A DNA stretch of 64,000 nt from an uncultured Candidatus Saccharibacteria bacterium (GTDB taxonomy: Bacteria; Patescibacteriota; Minisyncoccia; Phycocordibacterales; UBA9973). Each line of letters starts with the position of its first letter. The first letter of the stretch is position 1. The stretch lies in NCBI GenBank assembly GCA_964397435.1, contig CAYNHU010000001.1, positions 209 to 64,208 on the forward strand, written 5' to 3'. A program made the position numbers and the translations under genes. Below the pieces are notes generated by a model. It saw only the letters and a list, made by a program, of their open reading frames with translations. It made no database searches and was not told the DNA's origin. Positions 8,945 to 18,155 of this stretch are shown piece by piece.

Positions 8945-10249
8945 CTACCGCTTCTCCCATTCCTTCTCCTGTCGGACCAAGAGTTTGTGTGCTTGTTCGG
9001 GAGTTGCGAGAATTGCTTTTGTTGCGCGTTCGAGTCGTACACTCTGTGAGCCTTTGATCAGTACGAGATCGCCGCTTGTTACAGCTATGGTGAGATAGTC
9101 TGCTGCTTGTTCTGCGGTGTCAAAATGTTTCATCTTTGTTGTGTTGTAACCGGCAGCTTCTGCACCCTTGTCGATAAATGTTGCGCGGATACCAACAGTG
9201 ATGAGCATATCAACAGCACCTGGTACGAGACTACCAATTTTTTCGTGTGCTTCCTGAGTATATTTACCGAGTTCCATCATGTCGCCAAGTACTGCAATCT
9301 TGCGTCCTGGGACAGTGATTTCTTTGAGTAATGCAAGTGCAGACTCTACTGCGATTGGTGATGAATTGTAGGTGTCATCGATGATAGCTGAACCACGCAC
9401 GCCTGGCAAAAGTGAAAGACGTCCTGGTGGTGTGCGATATTCACGAAGTGCGAGCACTGCTTTTTCGAGATTGAATCCAAGTCCGTACACAACCGCGCAC
9501 GCTGCGAGTGCAGCAGCAATGTGACTTTCGCCGATGATATGTGGCATTGAAACAATGTACTGATATTCTGGAGTAACGAGTGTCCATTCACGTCCCGATG
9601 GAATCTTGTTTCCTGAACCATCATCAATGTAACTAAATTTTACCTGTGATGCACGAACAGGAACTGTTTCTTTGAAACCGTACGCAACTGTTTGTGCGCC
9701 ATATTTTCCAGCGAGTGCTGAAACGAGTGGATCGTCACCGTTTACCACAAGTAATCCCGATGCTTTGAGTGCTTGCGCGAGACTAGTTTTTTCTTCGATG
9801 ACATGTTCTTTGGATTCAAAAAATTCAATATGTACTGGTACATCAGGAAAACGAGTGAGCACCACAACATCAGGGTTCAACCATGGCGCAATGCCTTTGA
9901 TGTCCCCTGGTTTGTCAGCACCAACTTCAAGCACCAACCATTCTGGATATTTATGAGGAAAAACGATGAGCCACAAACCTTCGAGCAACGTTCGTGCCCA
10001 CAAGAGTGGATTAGTCCAACCGTTTGGAAGTCCAAGAATCGAAAGTGGTACACCCATCTCTGAGTTATAGCTTTTTTCACTACGACGAACATGGACGTAC
10101 GGTGCGAGAGCTGTGTAAATGGCGTCTTTGGTTGAAGTCTTGCCTACACTGCCTGTAATAGCCACTATTTTGGGTTTATAGCGCTTTATAACGGTTTTGG
10201 CTTCCCATGTCAGGATGGTGATAATAATGTGCTTAAAAAATGATTTCAT
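8945..10249 (-). CDS. murF: UDP-N-acetylmuramoyl-tripeptide--D-Ala-D-Ala ligase
   Basis: AITGSVGKTSTK, SYNSEMGVP, IIDDTYNSSP, LGDMMELG, LIKGSQ; dcw context. Confidence 0.92.
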   Translation of the reverse strand: MKSFFKHIIITILTWEAKTVIKRYKPKIVAITGSVGKTSTKDAIYTALAPYVHVRRSEKSYNSEMGVPLSILGLPNGWTNPLLWARTLLEGLWLIVFPHKYPEWLVLEVGADKPGDIKGIAPWLNPDVVVLTRFPDVPVHIEFFESKEHVIEEKTSLAQALKASGLLVVNGDDPLVSALAGKYGAQTVAYGFKETVPVRASQVKFSYIDDGSGNKIPSGREWTLVTPEYQYIVSMPHIIGESHIAAALAACAVVYGLGFNLEKAVLALREYRTPPGRLSLLPGVRGSAIIDDTYNSSPIAVESALALLKEITVPGRKIAVLGDMMELGKYTQEAHEKIGSLVPGAVDMLITVGIRATFIDKGAEAAGYNTTKMKHFDTAEQAADYLTIAVTSGDLVLIKGSQSVRLERATKAILATPEQAHKLLVRQEKEWEKR

Positions 10250-10284
10250 ACGGTTTTTATGGTTATTTCATCTAAATCTGCTAC

Positions 10285-12000
10285 CTATCGATCTGGAGCT
10301 ATATCATAGTATGTTAGCAGGAATTTGGCGAGATTCATAAACGGTATTGCCATCGTCTGTGATGAGAAGTTTACCCCTTTTGGATTGATGCCGTACAACA
10401 GCACGAGGAAGTATGGGTTGTACGCTGGATAGTAGCCGAACATCGAGTGGAGGTAAATATCAGGATAGTAGCCTTTGCCATCAGGTCGAGCAACTTGCGC
10501 CGTACCTGTTTTTGCAGCAACTGCATAGTGTTCAAGCTTGAGTGTGCCGTCGAGAAGTGCCGTATCAACTGTTTGTGCGAGCATGCGCGTCACTGTCGCT
10601 GCTGTTTCTGGTTTAATAACTGCAACAGGTTCTGGACGATCAATCTGGTGCACAAATCCATCAGGATACACAATCGCTTTTACAACTCGTGGAGACACAA
10701 TCATACCGTCATTTGCAAGTGCAGAGAATGCTCGAACTGCAGCAACTGGTGTAAGCGCAATACCCTGTCCAAATGATGCAGTCGCAAATTCAACTTCGCG
10801 TTTACTCTCGAGGTTTGAAATAATACTGTTCACTTCACCTGGCATATCAACACCAGTTTTTTCCATCACACCAAATTTCTGGAAATAGTTTTTGAATGAA
10901 TCTTTGCCGAGACGCTGCATAACGAATGTCGCACCCATGTTCAATGATTTATCAAACACAGTCTGCATCGTCGTTGTACCACGCGCCGCTTTATCAAAGT
11001 TACAAATGCGTTTTGTATTGAGCACCATACAACCAGTATCTTTGTATGTCGTTGTTGGAGTAATTACGCCAGCATCAAGACCCGCTGCCATCGTCAGCGC
11101 TTTGATAACTGAACCAAATTCAAATACTTCTTCGACGTTTGGGTTACGAAATACGCCAATATTTTTAACTGAACCATAGTTTCCAGGATCAAATGTTGGT
11201 GTTCCTGCCATCGCAATGATGTCACCAGTTTTTGGATCGATGACGATACCACCTGCTTGATCGGTCTGCCATTTTGCAGTGATATCATTCAATGTTTTTT
11301 CAAGCATCAACTGCGCTTCAGGTTCAATCGTTGCAACAATGTCACCTTCTGAGTGCGGGTCACGGAACAATGTTTTGTGAAGATTCGTAAACAATTCAGC
11401 AAAAAAGTTTACGTACAAATCGCCCTTACTGCGAGAAAGTACGTCGTTGTATTCACGTTCCAAGCCATAGCGTCCAACGAGTTCGTCGCCTTTCCATCCA
11501 ACGAAACCGAGTGTCTGCGCTGCCATGGTTGTACCAGGATAGAAACGCTCTTTGCTATCTTCGAAACGAACACCGCGCAATTTGAGTGCACTGATTGCCG
11601 TTTTGTTTTCGTCAGACACACGGTCAGCAAGTACTTCATACTGATCATTTGGACGAGTAAAGCCAGCATCGTATGCTTTACGATCGATAGGAATGATACT
11701 GTTCAACGCAGTATACACTGATTCGCGTACTTCTGGTTTGATATCCATCGGAGAAATGACCAACTTGTATCGAGCAGTCAGTGTTGCCGCAGGCACGAGC
11801 GTACCATCTTTTTGAATAAAATAAATTGTACCTCGATCATACAAACCATTCACTTCACTGGTATATTCACCGAGCGCTTCACTCGCGTATTCCTTGTGAT
11901 GAATAATTTGCACAAAAAAAAGCTTCGCGATGATAAAAAACGCAAGAGCTATAAGTACACCGTTTACAACCAGAAGTCGAATAGGAAAATTAGAATTCAT
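10285..12000 (-). CDS. ftsI: Class B penicillin-binding protein (FtsI-like)
   Basis: RGTIY, GRYGLE, EFGSVIK (SxxK), KSLN (SxN), KTGTAQ; follows the ftsL-like gene. Confidence 0.85.
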   Translation of the reverse strand: MNSNFPIRLLVVNGVLIALAFFIIAKLFFVQIIHHKEYASEALGEYTSEVNGLYDRGTIYFIQKDGTLVPAATLTARYKLVISPMDIKPEVRESVYTALNSIIPIDRKAYDAGFTRPNDQYEVLADRVSDENKTAISALKLRGVRFEDSKERFYPGTTMAAQTLGFVGWKGDELVGRYGLEREYNDVLSRSKGDLYVNFFAELFTNLHKTLFRDPHSEGDIVATIEPEAQLMLEKTLNDITAKWQTDQAGGIVIDPKTGDIIAMAGTPTFDPGNYGSVKNIGVFRNPNVEEVFEFGSVIKALTMAAGLDAGVITPTTTYKDTGCMVLNTKRICNFDKAARGTTTMQTVFDKSLNMGATFVMQRLGKDSFKNYFQKFGVMEKTGVDMPGEVNSIISNLESKREVEFATASFGQGIALTPVAAVRAFSALANDGMIVSPRVVKAIVYPDGFVHQIDRPEPVAVIKPETAATVTRMLAQTVDTALLDGTLKLEHYAVAAKTGTAQVARPDGKGYYPDIYLHSMFGYYPAYNPYFLVLLYGINPKGVNFSSQTMAIPFMNLAKFLLTYYDIAPDR

Positions 12001-12343
12001 GGCCAGTAGCAACAGATACTCGTGACATAGCTGTTGTTGCGCCACGATTTACAAATGAAACAGTTTTCGCTTCATGTAGACCAAGGGTTGCACCTGTATC
12101 AAGGTTAACTGCCTGCGCTTTTGCAAGGTATGCAACCTGAAGTTTTCCGATGTGTGCACTCAATGCCTGTGCTTCTTTCTGAGATGCAGAACGAGCCATG
12201 ATGTAGTGCACAGTTGAACCAAGCGCATATGCATACAACACAATACACAAACCAATCAAACCGAGTGCGATAAAAGCTGCACGCTTGTACAAAAGCGCGT
12301 CTTCAAATATTCGTGTTTGTGATTGTGTGTATGTTGTTGCCAT
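11990..12343 (-). CDS. FtsL-like bitopic cell division protein
   Basis: Single TM plus coiled coil between rsmH and ftsI. Confidence 0.6.
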   Translation of the reverse strand: MATTYTQSQTRIFEDALLYKRAAFIALGLIGLCIVLYAYALGSTVHYIMARSASQKEAQALSAHIGKLQVAYLAKAQAVNLDTGATLGLHEAKTVSFVNRGATTAMSRVSVATGHEF

Positions 12344-12353
12344 AAATGGTTAG

Positions 12354-13250
12354 TTATATTTTTTGGATAATGCGTAGTTTCGCACTACGTGAGCGTGGAT
12401 TGTGTGTAATTTCTTCTCGGGTCGGAGCAATCGGCTTTTTAGTAATGAGTACCGCCTGCTCGTTGTCGGTGTATGCCTTGAATGCGTTTTTAACGATGCG
12501 ATCTTCAAGCGAATGGAATGTGATAATCAGTAGTCGTCCACCAGGAGCAAGAATATCGAATGCTCCGAAGATTCCTTCAGTCAGTGCACGTAATTCATCG
12601 TTCACTGCAATACGGAGTGCTTGAAATGTTTTTGTCGCAGGATGCGTCTTGCCTTTTCGATACCAGAACGGTACGGCTGACTCAATGACTGCAACAAGAT
12701 CGAACGTTGTCTCAATTGGTTTCTGTTCACGAGCTTCTACGATAGCGTGTGCAATCTTGCGAGCAAATGTTTCTTCACCATAAGCGTAGATGATATCTGC
12801 AAGCGCACTTTCACTTGAAGTCATAACCAGATCGCGTGCAGTCAGTGTTTCGTCAGGGATAATCACGTCTTCCATCGTCATGAGCAATGGCTCATTTTTT
12901 TGAAATGTGAATCCTCGACCACTATCATCAAGCTGCACAGAACTGATACCGATATCAAGGAGTACTGCGTCGACATGTGTGAAACCGTGTGCTTTGACCT
13001 GTGAAGCAATCGTACGAAAGCTGTCATTAATCAAAATTGGTTTCGCACCGAGCGAAGCGAGTAATCGTTCTGATCGTTCGAGCGCATCGCGTTCTCGATC
13101 AAAACCGATAATCGTTACCTTGCCGCCAGTCGCTTCCCAGACAGCACGTGCGTGCCCGCCTGAACCAAGCGTACCGTCAACATAGATAGCATTCGGTTTG
13201 AGATTGAGACCATTGAGTGTTTCTTCTAAAAGAACTGGAATGTGCGGCAT
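12354..13250 (-). CDS. rsmH: 16S rRNA m4C1402 methyltransferase
   Basis: HIPVLL, DGTLGSGGH, DIGISSVQLD, TFQALRIAVNDEL, TFHSLEDRIVK, NPRSRSAKLR. Confidence 0.97.
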   Translation of the reverse strand: MPHIPVLLEETLNGLNLKPNAIYVDGTLGSGGHARAVWEATGGKVTIIGFDRERDALERSERLLASLGAKPILINDSFRTIASQVKAHGFTHVDAVLLDIGISSVQLDDSGRGFTFQKNEPLLMTMEDVIIPDETLTARDLVMTSSESALADIIYAYGEETFARKIAHAIVEAREQKPIETTFDLVAVIESAVPFWYRKGKTHPATKTFQALRIAVNDELRALTEGIFGAFDILAPGGRLLIITFHSLEDRIVKNAFKAYTDNEQAVLITKKPIAPTREEITHNPRSRSAKLRIIQKI

Positions 13251-13260
13251 ATATATTTTG

Positions 13261-13327
13261 TCGCCGCACTCACATTGTTTTGAGGAGGAACGTCGTAAAC
13301 CTTCTCAAAACAATGTGGGTGCTGCGA
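13261..13327. repeat. 28-bp imperfect inverted repeat between mraZ and rsmH
   Basis: Arms 13261-13288 and 13300-13327 match at 25/28 positions. Confidence 0.8.
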
Positions 13328-13337
13328 ACGCGTTATG

Positions 13338-13772
13338 TTATAAAACCCCAATGCTTCCCAACTTTTCTGCAAGTTGATCAGCTTGACCTTCGACCACTTT
13401 CTTGTAATCAGCCCATGTCTTTTCGTTCCAAAGTTCAACACGGTTCTGGACACCAACAACAGCAACATTTTTCTTGAGACCAGCACGGTCTTTCAAGAAA
13501 TCAGGAACGAGGATACGTCCACTACCATCAACATCAACTTCAACTGCACCTCCAAACATGAATCGGTTGAAACTTCGGTTATCAGCTTGGAGCATTGAGT
13601 TTTCACCGAGACGGTTTGCAATCTTTTCCCATTCTTTGATGGTGAACATAAAGATTGATTTATCGAGACCTGGTGCAAGGACTACTTTTTTACCCAATTC
13701 ACTTCGAAATTTCGCAGGCAATGACATGCGATTTTTTTCGTCGAGCGTATGAATATATTCACCGATAAGCAT
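13338..13772 (-). CDS. mraZ: Division/cell wall cluster repressor MraZ
   Basis: GEYIHTLDEKNRMSLPAKFR, DGSGRILVP, GVQNRVELW; start at ATG 13772. Confidence 0.96.
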   Translation of the reverse strand: MLIGEYIHTLDEKNRMSLPAKFRSELGKKVVLAPGLDKSIFMFTIKEWEKIANRLGENSMLQADNRSFNRFMFGGAVEVDVDGSGRILVPDFLKDRAGLKKNVAVVGVQNRVELWNEKTWADYKKVVEGQADQLAEKLGSIGVL

Positions 13773-13845
13773 TGTATTGATTGTGATAGTAGTTACCTCG
13801 ACCCGAACGCACTCGCACAACGCACATTTGAAACTTTTTTAGTTT

Positions 13846-13898
13846 CCCACTTCTTCCCACTTAAAGCTAAGTTTACTCCACTTTGTCCCACAATGCAA
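13846..13898 (-). promoter_or_regulatory. dcw promoter TTGCAT-17-TAAACT with four GTGG(G/A) MraZ boxes
   Basis: Boxes at 13887-91, 13877-81, 13856-60 and 13846-50 (10-nt periodic pairs) flank the -10. Confidence 0.8.
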
Positions 13899-13918
13899 AA
13901 CAAAAACCCACAAAAAAC

Positions 13919-13927
13919 TGTGGATAA
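13919..13927. promoter_or_regulatory. Consensus DnaA box (TGTGGATAA = TTATCCACA)
   Basis: Perfect 9-mer in intergenic DNA upstream of the mraZ promoter. Confidence 0.45.
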
Positions 13928-14019
13928 ATAAGGGTTTTTTGTGAACGAACGTTCACACGTGTACTCGACCTTGCAAAAGGCAAATAGTGTAGTATTTTAA
14001 AGTAAATTTAAACGTACAT

Positions 14020-14613
14020 ATGAATAAACTACACTTTATTGCATTGGATACAAATGCAGACAATGTTGCCTTCTCGCCCGAATTGATTGAACGCTTTAAG
14101 GAAAAGTACGGTACGTGCTTTGAGGGCGAAACGGTATTACCGTTTGTACCCTGCACATGGTTTCACTCGGATGTGAGACTGGTGAGCGAACTAATCAATA
14201 TGCACTCCGAAGAAGCAAAGGAATTTCGTTCCCTGCTTTAGGATGCAAACATTGAAACTTCGTTTCAGGGATATACTTTTTTTAACCCACTACACGATAA
14301 CAATGATGAGGACTGGTATTACGCACAACAAAGCTACTTCGGTAGCGTTGCCCGCGAAGCCGGTTACCCGCTACATGAGAGTTCGCTTCAAAAATTGTTT
14401 TGAGCTATTGTGAAAAATACGCTGGAACCAAAACAACTATGCAAAGAGCTATTGCATATCATTACAGAAAATGATGCGGATGCTAGCATTTCCTTTTTGG
14501 CACTACGTCAGAAAAGAAACACCGCCATCGGTAAAAAAACACAGGAACGTAACGAAGTACACCAACCTGTATCTGTATTTGGCTTGGACGTTACTGGGTA
14601 CCGGTACAAGTAA
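14020..14613 (+). pseudogene. Decayed hypothetical gene with in-frame stops
   Basis: One frame runs 14020-14613 through TAG (14239-41) and TGA (14401-03); terminator at 14666-14700. Confidence 0.6.
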
Positions 14614-14665
14614 GCCAACTACAAGTGCAAAAAAGATAAGATACTACAAGCAACGATAAATACTC

Positions 14666-14700
14666 AAACGGGTGAACGCGAAGCGTTCACCCGTTTTTTC
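14666..14700 (+). terminator. 14-bp perfect hairpin, GAA loop, T-tail
   Basis: aaacgggtgaacgc-gaa-gcgttcacccgttt. Confidence 0.8.
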
Positions 14701-14738
14701 TTTTTCTTTTTCTGTTTTCGTTTCTTTTTTGAAACTAG

Positions 14739-15140
14739 CTATTCAACAACGCACGGCTCTCGGTACAATTCTCCTGTCCCTCGTACCAAGTTAAATGTAC
14801 CGCCGATACAGAGATTTGAAGCGCGATCAAGTTCTCCACTGAGAACAAAATATGGCGTAGCATCAGCATCTGTCCCCTCTGATGCAACGTTAATACTTTT
14901 TACAACAAGTGAATCCAGGCCAGTGAATTTCTCAACTGCCTGCACAGCAGCTTCATATGAATCATACTTGAGCGCCAATTTCTGATCGAGCATCAAACGA
15001 TTGTACGCTTCAGTCAGTTGTGTTTCAGACAATACTGTTTTCTTACTGAAAGGATTTTGCTTGAGATCCTTAAAAACAAATCCGTACAAGAGTGCGAGTA
15101 TCGCGAGTAATCCAACAAGAACAAAAATAATTTTCTTCAT
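14739..15140 (-). CDS. Hypothetical membrane-anchored protein
   Basis: MKKII plus N-terminal hydrophobic helix; directly follows lysS. Confidence 0.75.
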   Translation of the reverse strand: MKKIIFVLVGLLAILALLYGFVFKDLKQNPFSKKTVLSETQLTEAYNRLMLDQKLALKYDSYEAAVQAVEKFTGLDSLVVKSINVASEGTDADATPYFVLSGELDRASNLCIGGTFNLVRGTGELYREPCVVE

Positions 15141-15142
15141 GG

Positions 15143-16594
15143 CTATTCTCGTGGACGCATGAGCGGAAAGAGTACTGTCTCACGAATCGGCTTACCTGCT
15201 AATACTGCAAACATGCGATCACCAACCGGAGCTGAACCGAATGCTGGAGGCATACCATGTTCAAGCATTTCAACGAATTCCCAGTCAGGCATCATTGCTT
15301 CATCATCGCCACGTTCAATCAATTTCTGTTGCTCTTCAAATCGTGCACGCTGATCGAGTGGATCATTGAGTTCTGAGAAACTATTTGAAAATTCACTTCC
15401 TGCCATGATGAGCTGACAACGTTCTACTGTTTCAGGATCTTCTGGTCGAGCTTTTGCAAGTGGAGAAACGAGCTTTGGATGATTGATAAGCCATGTTGGA
15501 CCAGCGACTCCTTTGCGGCAATATTTCCAAAGTGAATCTACCATGCGCTCGCGTGTTGCACCTTCGTATTCAACACCAAGTTCTTGGAGTTTCGCTGCGA
15601 GTTCTTGTTCAGTTGCAGTAAGTACGTTAACGCCAGTTTTTGATTGAACATACGGAACGTATTCAATCACTTCCCATGCTCCAGAGAGATCAACATCAAA
15701 ACCCTTAATGTTGAATTTGAGTGTACCGAATGTTGTCTGCACAACTTCTTTCACCATACGTTCGACGAGCTCCATGCCCTGTTTGTAATCCATGTACGCA
15801 GCGTAGCATTCCATGTTTGTAAATTCCTGAAGGTGTTCTGGTGAAGAACCTTCGTTACGATAGACACGGCCAATTTCAAATACTTTTGGAAAACCAGCAG
15901 CGAGTGCGCGTTTCTGCCACAACTCACCAACTGAAATACGCATGTACACATCGAGATCAAAATCATTGTGATGTGTTTTAAATGGTCGCGCTTCTGCGCC
16001 ACCTGTTGTTGTTTCGATGGTTGGTGTTTCAATTTCCAAGAAACCTTCGCGAAGCATGAACTCACGAGCAGTTCTCCAAAAGAGTGATCGTTTTTCGAGT
16101 AACGCACGAAGTTCTTCGTCCATCAAAATATCAAGATATCGTTTGCGGTAGCGTTCATCTGGATCAGTGATACCGTGCCACTTTTCAGGAAGCGGTGCGA
16201 GAGATTTTGTTGCCATCTTCCATCCAGTAACCAAGATTGATGGTTCGCCACGCTGTGTCGTAAACAATGTTCCTGAAACTTGGATAAAGTCTCCCATATC
16301 AACAGTGTCAGCAAACAACGCAAAAAGTGCTTCATCCATGTCGTCTTTTTTGAAGACAGCTTGAAAACGTGCTGTGCCATCAAACAAAACACAGAACAAA
16401 ATTGCTCCTTGACCACGAAGTGCCATAACGCGACCAGCGAGATGTACGGTGTCTTTGATTGTGTCAAACTGCTCACGAACTTGTGCAAGTGAGTAGTCAC
16501 GTTCAATATGCGCTGGGTAGGCCTGCATGCCAGCTGCTTGTAATTGTGCGAGTTTTTCTAAACGATTTGCTCGGATTTCTTCGAGTGATGCCAT
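15143..16594 (-). CDS. lysS: Lysine--tRNA ligase (class II)
   Basis: PLPEKWHG, RYRKRYLD, GGAEARPFKTHHN, YRNEG, FSELNDP, VLFPLMR. Confidence 0.97.
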   Translation of the reverse strand: MASLEEIRANRLEKLAQLQAAGMQAYPAHIERDYSLAQVREQFDTIKDTVHLAGRVMALRGQGAILFCVLFDGTARFQAVFKKDDMDEALFALFADTVDMGDFIQVSGTLFTTQRGEPSILVTGWKMATKSLAPLPEKWHGITDPDERYRKRYLDILMDEELRALLEKRSLFWRTAREFMLREGFLEIETPTIETTTGGAEARPFKTHHNDFDLDVYMRISVGELWQKRALAAGFPKVFEIGRVYRNEGSSPEHLQEFTNMECYAAYMDYKQGMELVERMVKEVVQTTFGTLKFNIKGFDVDLSGAWEVIEYVPYVQSKTGVNVLTATEQELAAKLQELGVEYEGATRERMVDSLWKYCRKGVAGPTWLINHPKLVSPLAKARPEDPETVERCQLIMAGSEFSNSFSELNDPLDQRARFEEQQKLIERGDDEAMMPDWEFVEMLEHGMPPAFGSAPVGDRMFAVLAGKPIRETVLFPLMRPRE

Positions 16595-16645
16595 ATGCGA
16601 GGAGTATAGCAAAATCCGCTCATTTAGGGAATGAGCGGATGCATG

Positions 16646-17113
16646 CTATTTGATACTAATGATTGAATACTTACTTTCACCTTTTGGTGTCATAAAGGTA
16701 GCGGTGTCGCCTTTCTTTTTACCAATGAGTGCCTGACCGAGTGGTGCGTTGTGTGAGATCATACCACGCGCCATATCTGATTCTTGTGCACCAACGATAG
16801 TAAATACTTTTTCTTCTTTTTCGCCGTCTTTGCGAACAGTTACTACTGAACCAATGTCGACTGATGAAGTACTGTGCTTAGTAACAACTTCTGAATTTTG
16901 AAGGATTTCCTCAATCTGTCCGATGCGTTCTTCGAGACGTCCTTGTTCTTCGCGAGCGTTGTGATACTCAGCGTTTTCTGAAAGGTCTCCAAGTGATTTT
17001 GCAAATGCAAGCGCATCAAGAACTTTCTGGCGAGCTGGGCCTTTGAGTTCTGTAAGCTCGAGTTCAAGTTCCTTTTTCTTTTCTGGGGAAATGTAATTTT
17101 TTCTGGTTTGCAT
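16646..17113 (-). CDS. greA: Transcription elongation factor GreA
   Basis: GDLSENAEYHNARE, ISHNAPLGQALIGK; TTGACT-17-TATAGT 6 nt before ATG. Confidence 0.96.
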   Translation of the reverse strand: MQTRKNYISPEKKKELELELTELKGPARQKVLDALAFAKSLGDLSENAEYHNAREEQGRLEERIGQIEEILQNSEVVTKHSTSSVDIGSVVTVRKDGEKEEKVFTIVGAQESDMARGMISHNAPLGQALIGKKKGDTATFMTPKGESKYSIISIK

Positions 17114-17163
17114 TGGAACACTATAGCGTATTTTGTGTCAATAGTCAATGTAACTGTATCTCC

Positions 17164-18153
17164 CTAGAGATACATGCGAATGCGCTTACGAAGCCATGAA
17201 AAGACCACATAGAGGACATAGAGAGGCTTGTGGATAATGAGATCATAGCTTCCAATCATTTTGACTGCTTCCCCACCAAAACCTTTTTTAAAATCAGTAA
17301 AACCAGCCCATGGATTGTGTGGATCATGCTCGTTTGGAGGCAAAATTCCCCACAAATCAAGTTTGATTGCACCGTGTTCTTTTCCAAAGACAATGACGTT
17401 CCACATGAGTGCGTTCATGGCTTTTAAGTTGCGGAATTCTGTTGATGATCCGGCGTAGGTGTAGTACAAGGTGTTATTGTGTAACCAGACTTCGCAGGCA
17501 GCGAGTGGTTGCCCGCGGTAGCGGGCAACGATCATGTGCGCGATAGCTCGATCTTTGAATGTGCGCCAGATGGTTTCGTGATACAAGCGACCGTGACCAC
17601 CGAAGTGCTGACGCTTGGTAGTTGCTTGATAGAGTTCGTAAAATGCTTCAAAACCACTGTCGGTATCTTCAACAGCAACAGTTACTCCTTTTCGTTCTGC
17701 AAGTCCGATATTGTAGCGTGTGGTTGCATCACATTTTTTCTTAATATTTTCGAGTGATTCAGTTAAGTCGATGATTCGAGTCCATTGGTAGAAGAGCGGT
17801 GTGCGGCTTTCTGCCAGCGCGGGCTTCGCCCGCGCTGGCACGTCCACTTCATCTGGCTCAAACAACACCGACACAATTCTATATCGTTTTCCATAGGCAC
17901 GAAGGTACGACAAAAAAGCTTCACTTGGAACTCGTGAGCGTGGAATATATCCAATCCAATACGGAACGAGTGGCAACTTGTGCAACGTCATCTGATACGC
18001 TGCATGTAACACATCGCCGTCATATTCACCAAAACGAACCACCCGCAAACCTGTGGCCTGACGAATACTTCCCCATGCAAAAAGTTGCAACGGATGCGTT
18101 ACTGATTGATCAAAAATCTGTGGTTCAACTGTATCAAGTTCTCGAATAGTCAT
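17164..18153 (-). CDS. FemAB/FemX-family peptidoglycan bridge aminoacyltransferase
   Basis: HPLQ..AWG, TRYNIGLAERKGV, Y.YAGSS, LDLWGI, FKKGFGG. Confidence 0.85.
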   Translation of the reverse strand: MTIRELDTVEPQIFDQSVTHPLQLFAWGSIRQATGLRVVRFGEYDGDVLHAAYQMTLHKLPLVPYWIGYIPRSRVPSEAFLSYLRAYGKRYRIVSVLFEPDEVDVPARAKPALAESRTPLFYQWTRIIDLTESLENIKKKCDATTRYNIGLAERKGVTVAVEDTDSGFEAFYELYQATTKRQHFGGHGRLYHETIWRTFKDRAIAHMIVARYRGQPLAACEVWLHNNTLYYTYAGSSTEFRNLKAMNALMWNVIVFGKEHGAIKLDLWGILPPNEHDPHNPWAGFTDFKKGFGGEAVKMIGSYDLIIHKPLYVLYVVFSWLRKRIRMYL

Positions 18154-18155
18154 AG

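Noticed and set aside
17229-17237. Perfect DnaA box TGTGGATAA; possible oriC
   Set aside because: Single box inside a CDS; no box cluster, unwinding element or dnaA/dnaN in the window
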